In this document: positions 1-11,800 of the stretch, piece by piece | Numbering within the stretch: position 1 is the stretch's first letter | Layout: every line of letters begins with the position of its first letter | NCBI RefSeq assembly: GCF_006345805.1 | Contig: NC_043002.1 | Location: forward strand, 60,450,001 to 60,514,000 | Length of the DNA stretch: 64,000 nt | From: Octopus sinensis | Lineage: Eukaryota | Reading direction: 5' to 3' | Program-made: the position numbers and the translations under genes | The notes under the pieces: model-generated | The model's input: only the letters and a program-made list of their open reading frames with translations | The model's database searches: none | Told to the model about the DNA's origin: nothing

Positions 1-44
1 CTTGACCTCCCATAGCTTGCACTATGTCCAACTCAAGTAATACT

Positions 45-365
45 TCATTGTAAATGACGTTATTGAACGTGGCAAGATGTATAGATAGATTCACAACTGT
101 TGTATGTCACTCGTGGATTTCGAAGCCCAGGATGCCCCACATTACCTCCTTAGAGGTAACACAGTTGCCCAACTTATATTGCTGAATTTCATCTGCCTGC
201 CTGGCCGCTTGCGCAAGTCCAAAAACCGCTATATCTGAGCTCATATTTATGTATTTAAATACATATTTAATACTTTTTATAGAGCTGCATGACTCAACAT
301 TAACATCAGCGTGCAATGTTTAGATAACAATGGGTTGTACAGCACAATCCACCTGTTGTCCCTAA
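45..365 (-). mobile_element. Helitron Rep-domain fragment (decayed)
   Basis: Minus-strand translation gives DNRWIVLYNPLLSK, then ORF 107-316 HADVNVESCSSIKSIKYVFKYIN..SDIAVFGL..DEIQQY..WGILGFEIHE. This matches the Helitron Rep motif-3 region (H.NVE.C.S.KSIKY..KY..KG.D). Confidence 0.85.
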
Positions 366-684
366 CCATCCCTTGACCATTAACTTTGAGCTTGGTAGTG
401 TTCAGGGGGATCAAATTAGAATGGATGGATTTTTTCCCTTGGCTAGGAATATGAATGGGTTATTTCGCTTGGCAGTTAAAGGAAAATATATGAATGCGGA
501 CCCCTTCTAGGGATCCTAGATACCCAATTATAACTTTTTTTAAAACTTCAATGCACATAGTAACAGACTGGATGTTACTTTAACATTTTGCAAAGTATCA
601 CGGAAATTCCTTAACGGGTGCAGAAGGCAACTTGACACAATTAGACATCCCGGCATCCAAATAGACAACTTACGGTTACATATG

Positions 685-721
<37 letters not shown>

Positions 722-724
<3 letters not shown>

Positions 725-1025
725 AAAGTAAAAAAATATACAAACTGGGACAAGAACGTGAAACATTTAGAAGACGACACAAAAAACACGGACGGGATTT
801 TCGAAGCCCTCAGTCATCAGTCAAGAACCGGATCATCTTCGCAATTTCGGCTGATTAATCTTGAGATTGCTCCGATCTGGGCAGCCCCCAAGGGAAATCT
901 AAGCCAAGCGCATTAGATTCCTTGGAAGAAAGCCTCGAAAGTATACAACACAGGGACGGAAAACGGACGATGTTACACGAATAAAAATACAAAAACGTAA
1001 AAAAACAATAATGATGCACGAATAA
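722..1025 (-). repeat. Interspersed non-coding repeat in microsatellite; homologous to 31740-32075 (+)
   Basis: Shared colinear blocks gctttctt.caagg..tctaat, gcttaga, caga.cgga..atctcaag, ccgaaat, cttgactgatga, cccgtc. Both copies abut (TA)n. Confidence 0.6.
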
Positions 1026-1029
1026 GAAT

Positions 1030-1061
<32 letters not shown>

Positions 1062-1074
1062 TATAATATATATA

Positions 1075-1136
<62 letters not shown>

Positions 1137-1142
1137 GTATAT

Positions 1143-1410
1143 ATATGTATGTGTGTGTATTTCTTGTCTGTCTCCCCACCACCACCACCACCATCATCGC
1201 TTGATAACCGATGTTGGTGTGTTTACGTAAACGTACCTTAGCGGTTCGGCAAAAAGAGACTGATAGAATAAGTACTAAGCTTACAAATAATAACACCCGA
1301 AGTAGAATTGTTCGACTAAACGTGGTGCTCCAACATGGCCACATTCAAATCACTGAAACAGTTGAAAGAATAAAAGAATCACAGAATCAAAGAATAGAAG
1401 AATAAAAATA
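1143..1410 (+). mobile_element. SINE family A, 3' half
   Basis: catcgcttga.aaccgatg..ggtgtgtttacgt..ttagcggttcggcaaaa.gagac.gat.gaataagtact..ggtgctcca.catggcc..gaataaaagaat, as in the full copy at 22041-22482. Confidence 0.8.
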
Positions 1411-1559
1411 AAGTAGAAAATAAACACCTATGGGGTTTTCTTATTGGTTTGTGTATGTATATGTATACATATGCTGAATAAAATACACATGAGTCACAAC
1501 GTATTCTATGTACATGTCCAAAAGTACAAATCTAGAATGTGCATTAAAATATTCATTTA

Positions 1560-2600
1560 CATATCCGAATGAATAACGGTTTATTAGGAAGTTTTACTAG
1601 ATAAGCATTATAACGATTAATTTTCAAACTTTCATCTATCCTTGATTCTGTTTTTTTTTTTCACATATTGCTAATCCTCTATATCTTTCCACGGCTATAT
1701 TTATTACCAAACCAATAAGAAAAATCTGTAGGTTTTCATTTTTATTTTATTTTATGTTTTAACATTTATTTTTTAAATTTTATCTTTTTAGTTTGATTTT
1801 ATTTTTTATTATGAAAATGTTTAAGCATATTTTAAATTTGTTTTCTAATATATGGTATATTCATGAATATATATAACCTATCAGTTACTATATATAGCTT
1901 TTAACTTCTTTAACTCACTAATACTCAGTATGCATCCTGCAAAGCCAAAATGATAATCTAAGTTCCATAACCTCATAATTAAGCCTCAAGAAATCCTGCC
2001 CTCTTATAGTTAGAATATGATACCTTCCTTAGCTTTTAAGCAAATGCTTAGAACTTCTGATCAGCTAGGTAATAAGACTGAAACATATATGTAGGTTCCC
2101 TTATTTCATTTATGTGCTTTACAACTTGATTTTATAACATAGGTTTTGTTCCAAGTATCCCAATACTGAGTTCGCAAAAACTGGAGCAAATCACCTCCCC
2201 ATAGCTGTACCTCGAATCTCGGGGTAGTTTTTGTTTCATTGAAAACGAAAAATTTTGTTTTCGAGGATGAAGCTGACCGCATCTCGTATTAAGGTTACAA
2301 TAAATCTACTGGGGATGGCTTTTCTATGTTTCTCGACCTGATATTTTATGGCAGTAATTCCCAAATTATGTGGAACGTTCGTATATAAGTTTGTTACAGT
2401 GAATTAAATTATGTTGTTTTGTTGAGCAGATGTGTCAGGAAATCGACGTCTTTCCGAATGAATCTGGGTATGTGACAGCATAGTGGTTTGAGAAGCATGT
2501 CGACCGGCTGGTTCAGCTATAATGGGTATACATCTATATATTCCTTTTATACAAAGAGTGGAAATTTTAAGATGTTTCTATTCTTACATACATACCAACT
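1560..2600 (-). pseudogene. Penelope-like element reverse transcriptase remnant
   Basis: Frameshifted minus-strand peptides PIIAEP, PRFIRKDVDFL, VTNLYTNVPHNLG, EIRGTAMGR*FAPVFANSVLGYLEQ match PLE RT motifs (SLYTNIP; QxxGTAMG..APxxAN). Outer limits approximate. Confidence 0.8.
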
Positions 2601-2935
2601 AATTCAATCTAAATTCCAATCTTATTAGACTATTTTGTTCTTCACAAATGTATGTAGATGTACTGATTCCCCACAGAGATAGACAGATAGATAGATAAAT
2701 CGATATATATGTATGTATATGCGCGCTACGTATCTTTAAGATACAGGGAACCAAACCCAAATATTTTACATACCACCAAACACATACTCACATTTACACA
2801 CACACATACACACGCATATGTACATATGTATGAATGTGTGGAACCTTGGAAAGTGTCTTCTACTATAGCCCCGGGCCGACCAAAGCCTTGTGAGTGGATT
2901 TGTTAGACGGAAACTGAAAGAAGCCCGTCGTATAT

Positions 2936-2997
<62 letters not shown>

Positions 2998-3578
2998 TGT
3001 GTGTGTGTGTGTGTTGTATTTGTCTGTGAAATTTCCGAGGAGATGGAGGGAAAAGGAGAGGAAAGAGAATATAGAATATGTACAGATTGCCATAATCACG
3101 GTGCCAGCAACCAAGACTTATAATTACTTAAATAGAAACAGAATATGACAAATCTAATAGAAAAAGTGGACAACACAGTCAACGGAAGGAATACGTTTGT
3201 ATCGACAGACAGATAACTGCGTATATAAGTTTAAAATAAGTGATTTGGACAATAATCAGTGCCATCATAAAAGATATGTTTATGTTCGTTTATTATCAAA
3301 ATTTAGAAAACGTTGTTATACATCTGTTATAAAGTTACGAATCAAACGAGTATAACTTACAGAGAAAAGAAAAATGAACCAATATTCACAATAAAAAGAA
3401 AGCAAACTAAACCATGAATCAAGACTTTGCTCTTAACCGGTTTGCTCTTAAAATCCTAATAAAGTAGATAGGTCATATCACTAATCTATGATTCAAATTT
3501 ATGGGGAGTATTAAGAAAGTGTTAAAAGAGTCTCCGTTCCTATAGAAAGAGGGATTATTATTGTTGTTCTTGCTGTTA

Positions 3579-3687
<109 letters not shown>

Positions 3688-3708
3688 CATGTATATATAA
3701 TATATATG

Positions 3709-3796
<88 letters not shown>

Positions 3797-3844
3797 ATAT
3801 ATATATATAAATGAAAGAATGGAGTCGAACGGCGATTAACAAAA

Positions 3845-3943
3845 TTCCTTTATTCTCGACATATGTTTCGAAGACTGCATATTCCTAATTCCGAAGGAAT
3901 AAGGGGAGCATTATGCCGCCTTCTCATCAGGAAAGACAAGGAA
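3845..3943 (-). ncRNA. Type I hammerhead ribozyme (inverted copy)
   Basis: Reverse complement of the 4100-4198 motif. CUGAUGA at 3930-3924, GAAACAUAUGUC intact, predicted cut between 3858 and 3857. Confidence 0.85.
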
Positions 3944-4099
3944 CTTATGTCAACATCATGACGAACAAAAACTTTTGTTCCAAGTATCCCAATACTGAGT
4001 TCGCAAAAACTGGAGCAAATCACGTCACGATAATTATCACTATGGACTCCGTGTGTGCAGTCATCTAAAAGTTTTTGTTCGTCATGATGTTGACATAAG

Positions 4100-4198
4100 T
4101 TCCTTGTCTTTCCTGATGAGAAGGCGGCATAATGCACCCCTTATTCCTTCGGAATTAGGAATATGCAGTCTTCGAAACATATGTCGAGAATGAAGGAA
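4100..4198 (+). ncRNA. Type I hammerhead ribozyme
   Basis: CUGAUGA 4113-4119; stem II GAAGGCGGCAU/AUGCAGUCUUC; GAAA 4174-4177; palindromic stem III ACAUAUGU; GUC cut after 4185; stem I UUUC/GAGA, internal loop, then UUCCUU/AAGGAA. Confidence 0.88.
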
Positions 4199-4426
4199 TT
4201 TTGTTACATCGTCGTTCGACACCATTCATTCATTTATTTATAGTAAAAAAACACACAAATTTCCACACGAAAGCACGTGATCTTTGTCCTTGGCATGTAG
4301 CTTCAACCGCGTTTTCTGACGTGAATTTGCTACCCGGGTATCGGTTAACCGATTTATCCATACTAGGATAATTCATTCAACTACTTAAATATATATATAT
4401 ATAATATATATATATATTATATATAT

Positions 4427-4461
<35 letters not shown>

Positions 4462-4770
4462 TATATTGGGTTGAATTTATTGCGTTTTTAGATTTTGGAA
4501 TCATTTTGCTGTCTATTTCATTTTTGCCTTTTCTAGTTAATTTTAGTTAAATTTTTTTCAGATCCTTGAAATGGAATGTCAAGTTAAGAAAAACGAGCGT
4601 TTTCGACACTTCCTTCTTTTTGCTTTTAACCAAGGTTCTAAGGCCGCAAAAGCTGCTTGCAAAATTTGTGCTATGCATGGAGAGGTTGCTATAGCTGAGA
4701 GAACAGTTCGTGATTCGTATGCCAATTTCGAAAGTGGATATTTGGACCTCAACGACGCACCTCGTTCTTT
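4462..4770 (+). mobile_element. mariner transposon 5' fragment
   Basis: ORF 4571-4780 MECQVKKNERFRHFLLFAFNQGSKAAKAACKICAMHGE.AIAERTVR..YANFESG..DL.DAPRS is a mariner N-terminal HTH region. Starts after TA. Confidence 0.85.
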
Positions 4771-4779
4771 GTATGTATA

Positions 4780-5150
4780 AAGGAGATAAGCATAAATCAC
4801 ATACAAGGTCAAAATAACAGATCCCATCGCAGAAACAAACACATATTGACAGGCAACTCTTTTAAGGAAAGATTCACATAACACCTGGTGACATTTAGGA
4901 CCAAAATAAAAGATATACGACATCTCTGTCCAATATTATATGGAAATTGAAAGAAAGAGGTGAAAGCAACCCCACATTACATGGAACATTATTGCTAAAT
5001 ACCGAAAATATATTGGGGACGATTTACGAAATATGAAGTTTGTATCAGTGAAAACTATATATCATCTACTCTACATACAACGCCTAAAACATCAGGGATG
5101 AAACTTCTTTCCTTGCATACACAAGCAATGTTTTACACTCCTACATTTCA
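4780..5150 (+). pseudogene. PLE GIY-YIG endonuclease/C-terminal remnant
   Basis: Frameshifted FKERFT*HLVTFR..TSLSNIIWKLKERGE..ITWNIIAK..VCISE matches the C-terminal EN region of PLEs. Confidence 0.7.
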
Positions 5151-6205
5151 AAGAGGATACACAACCCATTCCGCCAGTCCCACCACTATAGTTTCTTTCC
5201 TTGAACCTGACCATTGAATATATACAACATACGAACTCCACACATAGAAATGCATGTCGCCCCTCATGAACTCTCTCAGCATACACACATACGAGCATTA
5301 CATATACCCAGAATATAATAGACATAATGCAAACGAAGTCACCATCCAACACGGTTTTTGTTTTTCCATAAATCAAACACAAGGGAGATAATCACTCAGG
5401 TTTTTGTGAATTTCTGAGATTTTGTTTTATTTTTTATCGAGAATATAAACGAAAACCATTCCTGTATGTGATGGTCTTGAAATATTAAAATATTAAGAAA
5501 ATTTAGTTAACATGAAACCAATGGCAACCTTAACACACAAATATAGAATTTTTACCAACCAATGCGGTGTTGAGCACCTATTCTCACAGTTCGATGTTTA
5601 CGTATATATACATAACACATTCTATTTCCGGACGAGTCTAGTGAACGAAATACAATAAACGAACTATGTGTAATAGAAATTTTCTAAAACGACAACGGAT
5701 ATTAATGGATGGTTACTCCTATTTCGATCTTATTTTGTGTAATAGCTAACTAAAATGGAACCATTAACATGTAGTTTGAGACTGTTACATTTAAAAAATG
5801 AGGATCTGATACTATCTTGAAAAAAATATAAAAGCAAGTAGAAGATACAACACTGTGGGAAAATGCTATGTGTTATATTGGAATTGAATAAATTCTGAAA
5901 GAGTTTAAATTGACTTCAAAATGTATTGAAAATTGGTTTTCCTGTAAAAGCGATTAGTATGAAATGCATTATATAACAATACTACAAAAGGATCAACCGT
6001 TAAAATGCGATTAGAAAATTTCACGTGTGCGGAAGAATGGAAGTAATGTATATAAAACTATTGATATAAACGTATTGAAGAAAATCCTAACAACCATGAA
6101 TGTAAACATTGAGTAAGATGGTAAGATTGTGTATTGATGTAATAGATAGTATCCCTGCGTACTAAAAGTATAGTTACTGTTACCGATCGGAAATTTGCCT
6201 TTCAT

Positions 6206-6271
<66 letters not shown>

Positions 6272-8064
6272 TATATATATATATGTAAGTATGTATGTAT
6301 GTATGTATGTATGTATGTGTATATGTATGTATGTATGTGTTCGTGTGTGTGTGTGAGCGCATAATATGAATTGACTATGATAATAAATGAATTGATTATC
6401 CTATGTAAGTATTCTACATTGTCTTTATGTTGTTATTTTTTTCGACCTTGATCGAAAAAGATAGAAACCTCTATGGCGAAAACTGGAATTTCAGAAGTGT
6501 AAGGCACTTATATTGAAGAAGAACCAACGATAAATACTAGTACGTATACACACGTAGAGTTTCCTATATCATTAATCAATATAGAGCTAAACTGGTGCAC
6601 GCTTGGAGAACATTTTTCCTTAGGAAAGAACAACCTCTTTCCTAAGACGTATAAACTTATATACATATGACACTTACAAACACAAGCACACAGCACACAT
6701 ATATTTAATGTTAATATCTATTGTTTATTTCTATATTTGAATATAAGCTGTGACCTGCAAAAACATAGAGAAGAAACGAAGATTTTGTTTTTAATCTCGA
6801 AACACACCAAATCACATGTACGAAAGCAATAAACCTTCAAAGAAATGTATGGATCATGAAGAGAAGGACAAAAATTTAAAAAGATTAACTTGACAAATAT
6901 CTTAATATCTTTCAACAAGATTGTACAGAATTTACAATGACTGGGTAGTTTCAAGTCTAATTATTTCCAATGTTTCAATCACAAGAAACAAAGATTTCTT
7001 AATTCGTATTTCACTCCTATTGGTGTAACTCTATATTTCTTCATATGCTGCTTGTACATTGTTTTGTCAAATAAGTTACCTCGTCATCATCTTTTTATTC
7101 CTTTTAATCCTTCCGAATGGTATTTGAATTAACACGAAAAATACATGAGTTTTATACTCTTTTAGTAGCTCAATTTTCCATCTACAACTTTGGTTTACCG
7201 ATGTTGAAATGTGAACAAATTTCTTTTCAGAAATTTGATTACGGAATGCCAAATAAATAAATAAAAAATGTCTAAACTCTTGTAATCAGTTTTTGAGTTA
7301 CTTCACAACGGGAATAAATATATTTAGATTATACATTGATAAAACCACTTCACGATCTTGAACTCTTGGAATCTTTCTTTCTACACAAATTCTTGTACCA
7401 GCTTCTTTTTATCAAAACCTGCTATCGATTCAACCGTGTGTTTGGATTCACAATAAATTTAGTGAATTCTGTCAAATACACACATAATCTTAAATGCTAG
7501 CTTCGTTTAACACTATATCAGGCTCAATTCGTCACATAATAAATTAATCGTACAACTATTCGTAGAATACCGAACCATGCATGCCATATTTCAATGATCT
7601 GTTACTTTAGCTGATCAATTGTCTGGAATATATTTGACGGAAGACAAGTATTATAGATTGAACAATCGTAGCACTGGGTATAAATCGTCCACGGTTAGTC
7701 CCATATCCGTAGACTTTAGTTTCACTCGAATTGTATTTTTTCGGAACCGGATTTTTACGTGAACCCGACGGGAAGTTTTATGCGACACATGCATTGTAAA
7801 ATAAATGTATTGTGACCTCTTTTGAATCCGACAACAGTATTTGCTCATCGTTCTTTTTGTAGTTATCTTATTTTAGCGTTGATTATGATACCCAAAGGAG
7901 AAGAGAGGAACCTGTGCTATTCAAAATGACAAACCAAAGAACTAACCAGTATGGATCTACTGAGCGTATTACTTTATTCACCGTGACAAAACTAAGATGA
8001 TTCGAGAACAGATATATGCCAATTGTACAATTATAAGCAACTATTAATAAGAGAATAACCACCC

Positions 8065-8210
8065 TTAACACGGTCAAATTCCGCTGAGGTCACCTTTGAC
8101 TTTCATCCTTTTGGGATCGATGAATTAAGTAACAGTGAACTACTGGGTCAATGTAAGAGACTTACCACCGCTCAACAAATTTGAGGCTTGTGCCTCCATT
8201 AGAAAATGTT
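8065..8210 (+). mobile_element. SINE family B (Meta-domain-like) fragment
   Basis: caaattccgctgaggtcacctttgactttcatccttttgggatcgatgaattaagta matches the copies at 44539-45020. Confidence 0.7.
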
Positions 8211-8251
8211 ATTTTTATTATTATTTTTTTTTTTCAATTTTATTATTATTA

Positions 8252-8748
8252 TTGAGTGAGAGAGCAGTTTATGCCATCAAAGTGACACTGGGGCAATATA
8301 CACGAAGCCCAGTATGTCCATCAGATTACCCGTGTGATAAGGGTACGCCAGGCACATGAATTACAACCATATCTGCGCGATATCGTGATCTCAGACCAAG
8401 ATAAACAGCGCATGACATTGCAGGTCGAGTAGCCTATGCCTCTTAAGAGATGCCTGTATAAGACTTCTTTGAGAATGTTGAACGAAACAGCCATGTTTCC
8501 AAAGGTGAACTGTTCAAACCACAAGGAATACCTCTCGACACATGGCTATGATGCTTCTCCCACTACATCTGCTCGCGATCAGATATGCACATATCGTCAG
8601 CCACCAAGGGATATGCTCAACTGGTTAAGGTCAAACAACTGACAACAAGCAAATCTGTGGTATTGAGCAGAATATTTGCTGTTGTCAATCTTTTATACAA
8701 GTTAAGATCAGAAGCCTAGAGTACCGCTGCCTGGTAGTGCATCAGGGC

Positions 8749-8749
<1 letters not shown>
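8252..8749 (-). mobile_element. Non-coding ~500-bp element flanked by (TAA)n (copy 1)
   Basis: Colinear with 49368-49920. TTA repeats on both sides. No tRNA boxes or meaningful ORF seen. Strand is assumed from the neighbouring Dong elements. Confidence 0.8.
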
Positions 8750-8806
<57 letters not shown>

Positions 8807-8831
8807 GTTATTATTATTGTTATTATTATTG

Positions 8832-8862
<31 letters not shown>
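8750..8862. repeat. (TAA)n microsatellite, target/tail of the Dong element
   Basis: Direct reading: (tta)n with occasional ttg units. Confidence 0.95.
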
Positions 8863-11800
8863 CATTGTCATTTACTTTTAATCTGCATGTTTGATGCAAT
8901 CACCTGCCGGGGCACACCCAGCGCCCTAGGGCAAGTGAAGGTTAAGAGTTGTTGAAATACAGCTGAAAGCTTGGGGAGGGGAAGTAGAGATATATCTCCA
9001 TGTAATGCAAACACAGACATTTACATTGATAGGGTTTTTCTAAGGATGTGGGCAGTACTTGTTAGCACAATCTTTTGGATTTCCTTGAGACATGGTTTTC
9101 CAGGGATATTGTCTAGGTGTTTCTGACATCCCTTTTTTATCATACCTAGGGCACCTACAATAACAGGAAAAGTTTTTGTTTTAAGATTCCACATCCTCTG
9201 TATTTCGATTTCCAGGTCCTTATATTTACTAAGTTTGTCAAATTCCTTGACAGATACATTTTTATCAGTGGGGACGCTTACTTCTATTAGTCTGCAGGTA
9301 TTTTCTTCCCTGTCCTTAACAATTATGTCTGGTCGATTAGCCTTGATCGTTCTGTCAGTGTTGACTGGAAAATCCCAGAGGATGGTGACATCTTTACTTT
9401 CAACAACTGGCTGAGGATGGTGTTCGTACCAGTTAGCAGGAGTGTCGGATTTGTAGTGTTTACATATCTTCCAATGTATATACTGTCCTACCCTATCGTG
9501 GCGATTTTTGTATTCGTTTGGTGTCAGCACAGGACATCCCGAAACGAGATGGTCTATCGTTTCGTCAAATGTGTCGCAGAATCTGCATTTAGGGTCAGTA
9601 CCGTTTCGGAGAACGTTAGCCTGGTAATTTCTGGTAAACAAGCTTTGATCTTGTGCTGCCATTATGAAACCTTCAGTATCTGCTTTCAATCCAGAGCTCT
9701 TCAGCCACTGATGGGTTGTTGCTTGGTCTACATCAGCATTTTGGCTTCGGAGAATATATTGTCCATGCAGGGGCTTCTGGCTCCACCGCCTCTCAATTTG
9801 ATTCTGCCCGTTCTTTTTTGCAGTCTGCTTGATTCGCTTTGCTTGCTTGGTAGCAGTGGTTTCCGGCTCTTCATCTGATTCAAGGTTAATGTCTAGTTCC
9901 CTTTCGAACTTATAAGCTTCCTTGACAATAGAATGCAGCTTTTTGTTGCTTTCGTGTTCGCGCACAAGTCGCAGCATCCAGTCCTTTGTACTAGATAGGT
10001 ACCTGTTCATTCCTACAGTAGATGTCTTATAGCACAGCTCTAATTGCATCATTCCTCTCCCCCCGCTGCTTCTAGGTAGGTACAAGCGGTCTACATCTAC
10101 CTTAGGGTGGTGCATGCTCCTGGATGTCAGTAACTTTCTTGTCTTCCTGTCTAAGCGTTGGAGTTCCGTAAGGTTCCAGTTAATGATATTAAAACTGTAC
10201 TGGACTACTGGAAGTGCCAGGGTGTTAATGGCCTCAATGCAATTTTTGGAGTTGAGCTCAGTCTTCAGTACAAGCCTTATTCTCCTATAGTATTCCTTTC
10301 TTATTTTTTCCTTCATAGTAGCATGATGTATACCATCTCCTTCGTTGATTCCTAGGTATTTGTAACTTTCCTGTGGGTCAAGTTCCTTGATGGTAGTGTC
10401 AATATCTAATTTAACAGAAGCTGTTTGCCTGAGCTTGCCTCTTACAAAAGTTGCTTTGGCACACTTATCAAGGCCAAAATCCATTCCGATATCATTGCTA
10501 AACTCTTTAACAGTTGTTAGCAGCCCTTCTAGCTCTTGGTCATTCCTGGCAAACAGCTTTAGGTCGTCCATATAGAAAAGATGGTTTATTAATTTACTAA
10601 AAACTTTGTACCCATATCTAGTACTATCCAATTCGTTTGAGAGTGGGATCAGTGCCATGCAAAAAAGTAATGGAGAGAGGGAGTCACCTTGAAAGATGCC
10701 TCGTTTGATGTTGATGCTGTTGGACTGGCTCATCCCATTACTATGGCTTAAAAAGAGACGTGTGTTCCACATGGTCATGCTATTCTCTAAGAATTTTGAG
10801 ACGACAGGAGAGATCTTGTATATCTCAAGGGCCTTGAGTATCCATTTATGTGGGACACTGTCATACGCTTTCCTGTAGTCTATCCATGCCATACTCAGGT
10901 TTTTGTTTTTGCTCCGGCAATTCTCTACAATCATTCTGTTTATGAGCAATTGGTCTTTGCACCCATAAGAGTTTCTTTTACAACCTTTTTGAGCTTGTGG
11001 AAGGATAGAATTTTGTTCAAGGAAAGCGTACATTCTCTCCGTTATTATGGATGTGAGGATTTTGTAGGTGGTGTTGAGACATGTTATTGGCCGGTAATTC
11101 TTTGGGTTTTTTGTGTCTTCGGTTTTAGGTAATAGGTAGGTGGTTCCTTCAGTCAGCCAAGCAGGTATTTGCTCTGGGTTCTGAATGACATCAGACAGAG
11201 ATGCAGCGAGATGTTCGTGTACCTCTGTCAAACAATTCAGCCAGAAGTTAGGGATCCGATCCAGTCCTGGGGTTTTCCATTTATGAGCCTTCCTAAGGAC
11301 ACACCTTAGCTCCTCTATTCCTATTGCTTCCCATTTCTGTTCTTCAAGTTCATCCAGTCTCTCTTTCTCACGTTCTATCCAGTCAGCCTCAGCATTAAAC
11401 TCTTTTCCGTTGCTCCATACCTTCTTCCAGAACTCCTCCACTCCCTCAATCTTAGGTGGATCTTCTATGTGTATTTTATTTTTGCCAATTTCCCTATAAA
11501 ATTTCTTTGCATCTGTCTTAAAAAATTTATTTTGTCGATAAAATTTGTTTCTTTTGTCATACCTTCTAAGCCGTTGAGCTTTCAACTGTATCCGTTGTTT
11601 CAACAGTTCCTTAGTTGCAGGGAGGTTTATGAGATCTTTGATTTTATATTTTTGCTTGATTTTTCTAGCTTTTCTCGGCTTAATATTCACTCCTCTAGCA
11701 AGCTCATCGAGAACTGAAACATCCGCCCGCAGAGATTCAATCTCTTTTTGTATCGCTACTTTCCACTTAGGAGGTTCATTGACATGCCTGGCCTTTTTCT

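Larger units (their letters stand above)
3806..4385. mobile_element. PLE-type non-autonomous insertion with ~170-bp inverted arms, each carrying a hammerhead ribozyme
   Basis: 3806-3976 is the reverse complement of 4067-4241 with a few mismatches. Flanked by (TA)n on both sides. Confidence 0.85.

Noticed and set aside
790-830. CUGAUGA..GAAA on minus, and its homologue at 31948
   Set aside because: Stems I-III cannot be formed in any HHR topology, and the second copy lacks GAAA.
5620-5680. HHR-like remnant CGGACGA..GAAA..GUA
   Set aside because: Core is mutated and stem I is out of register; at best a dead copy.
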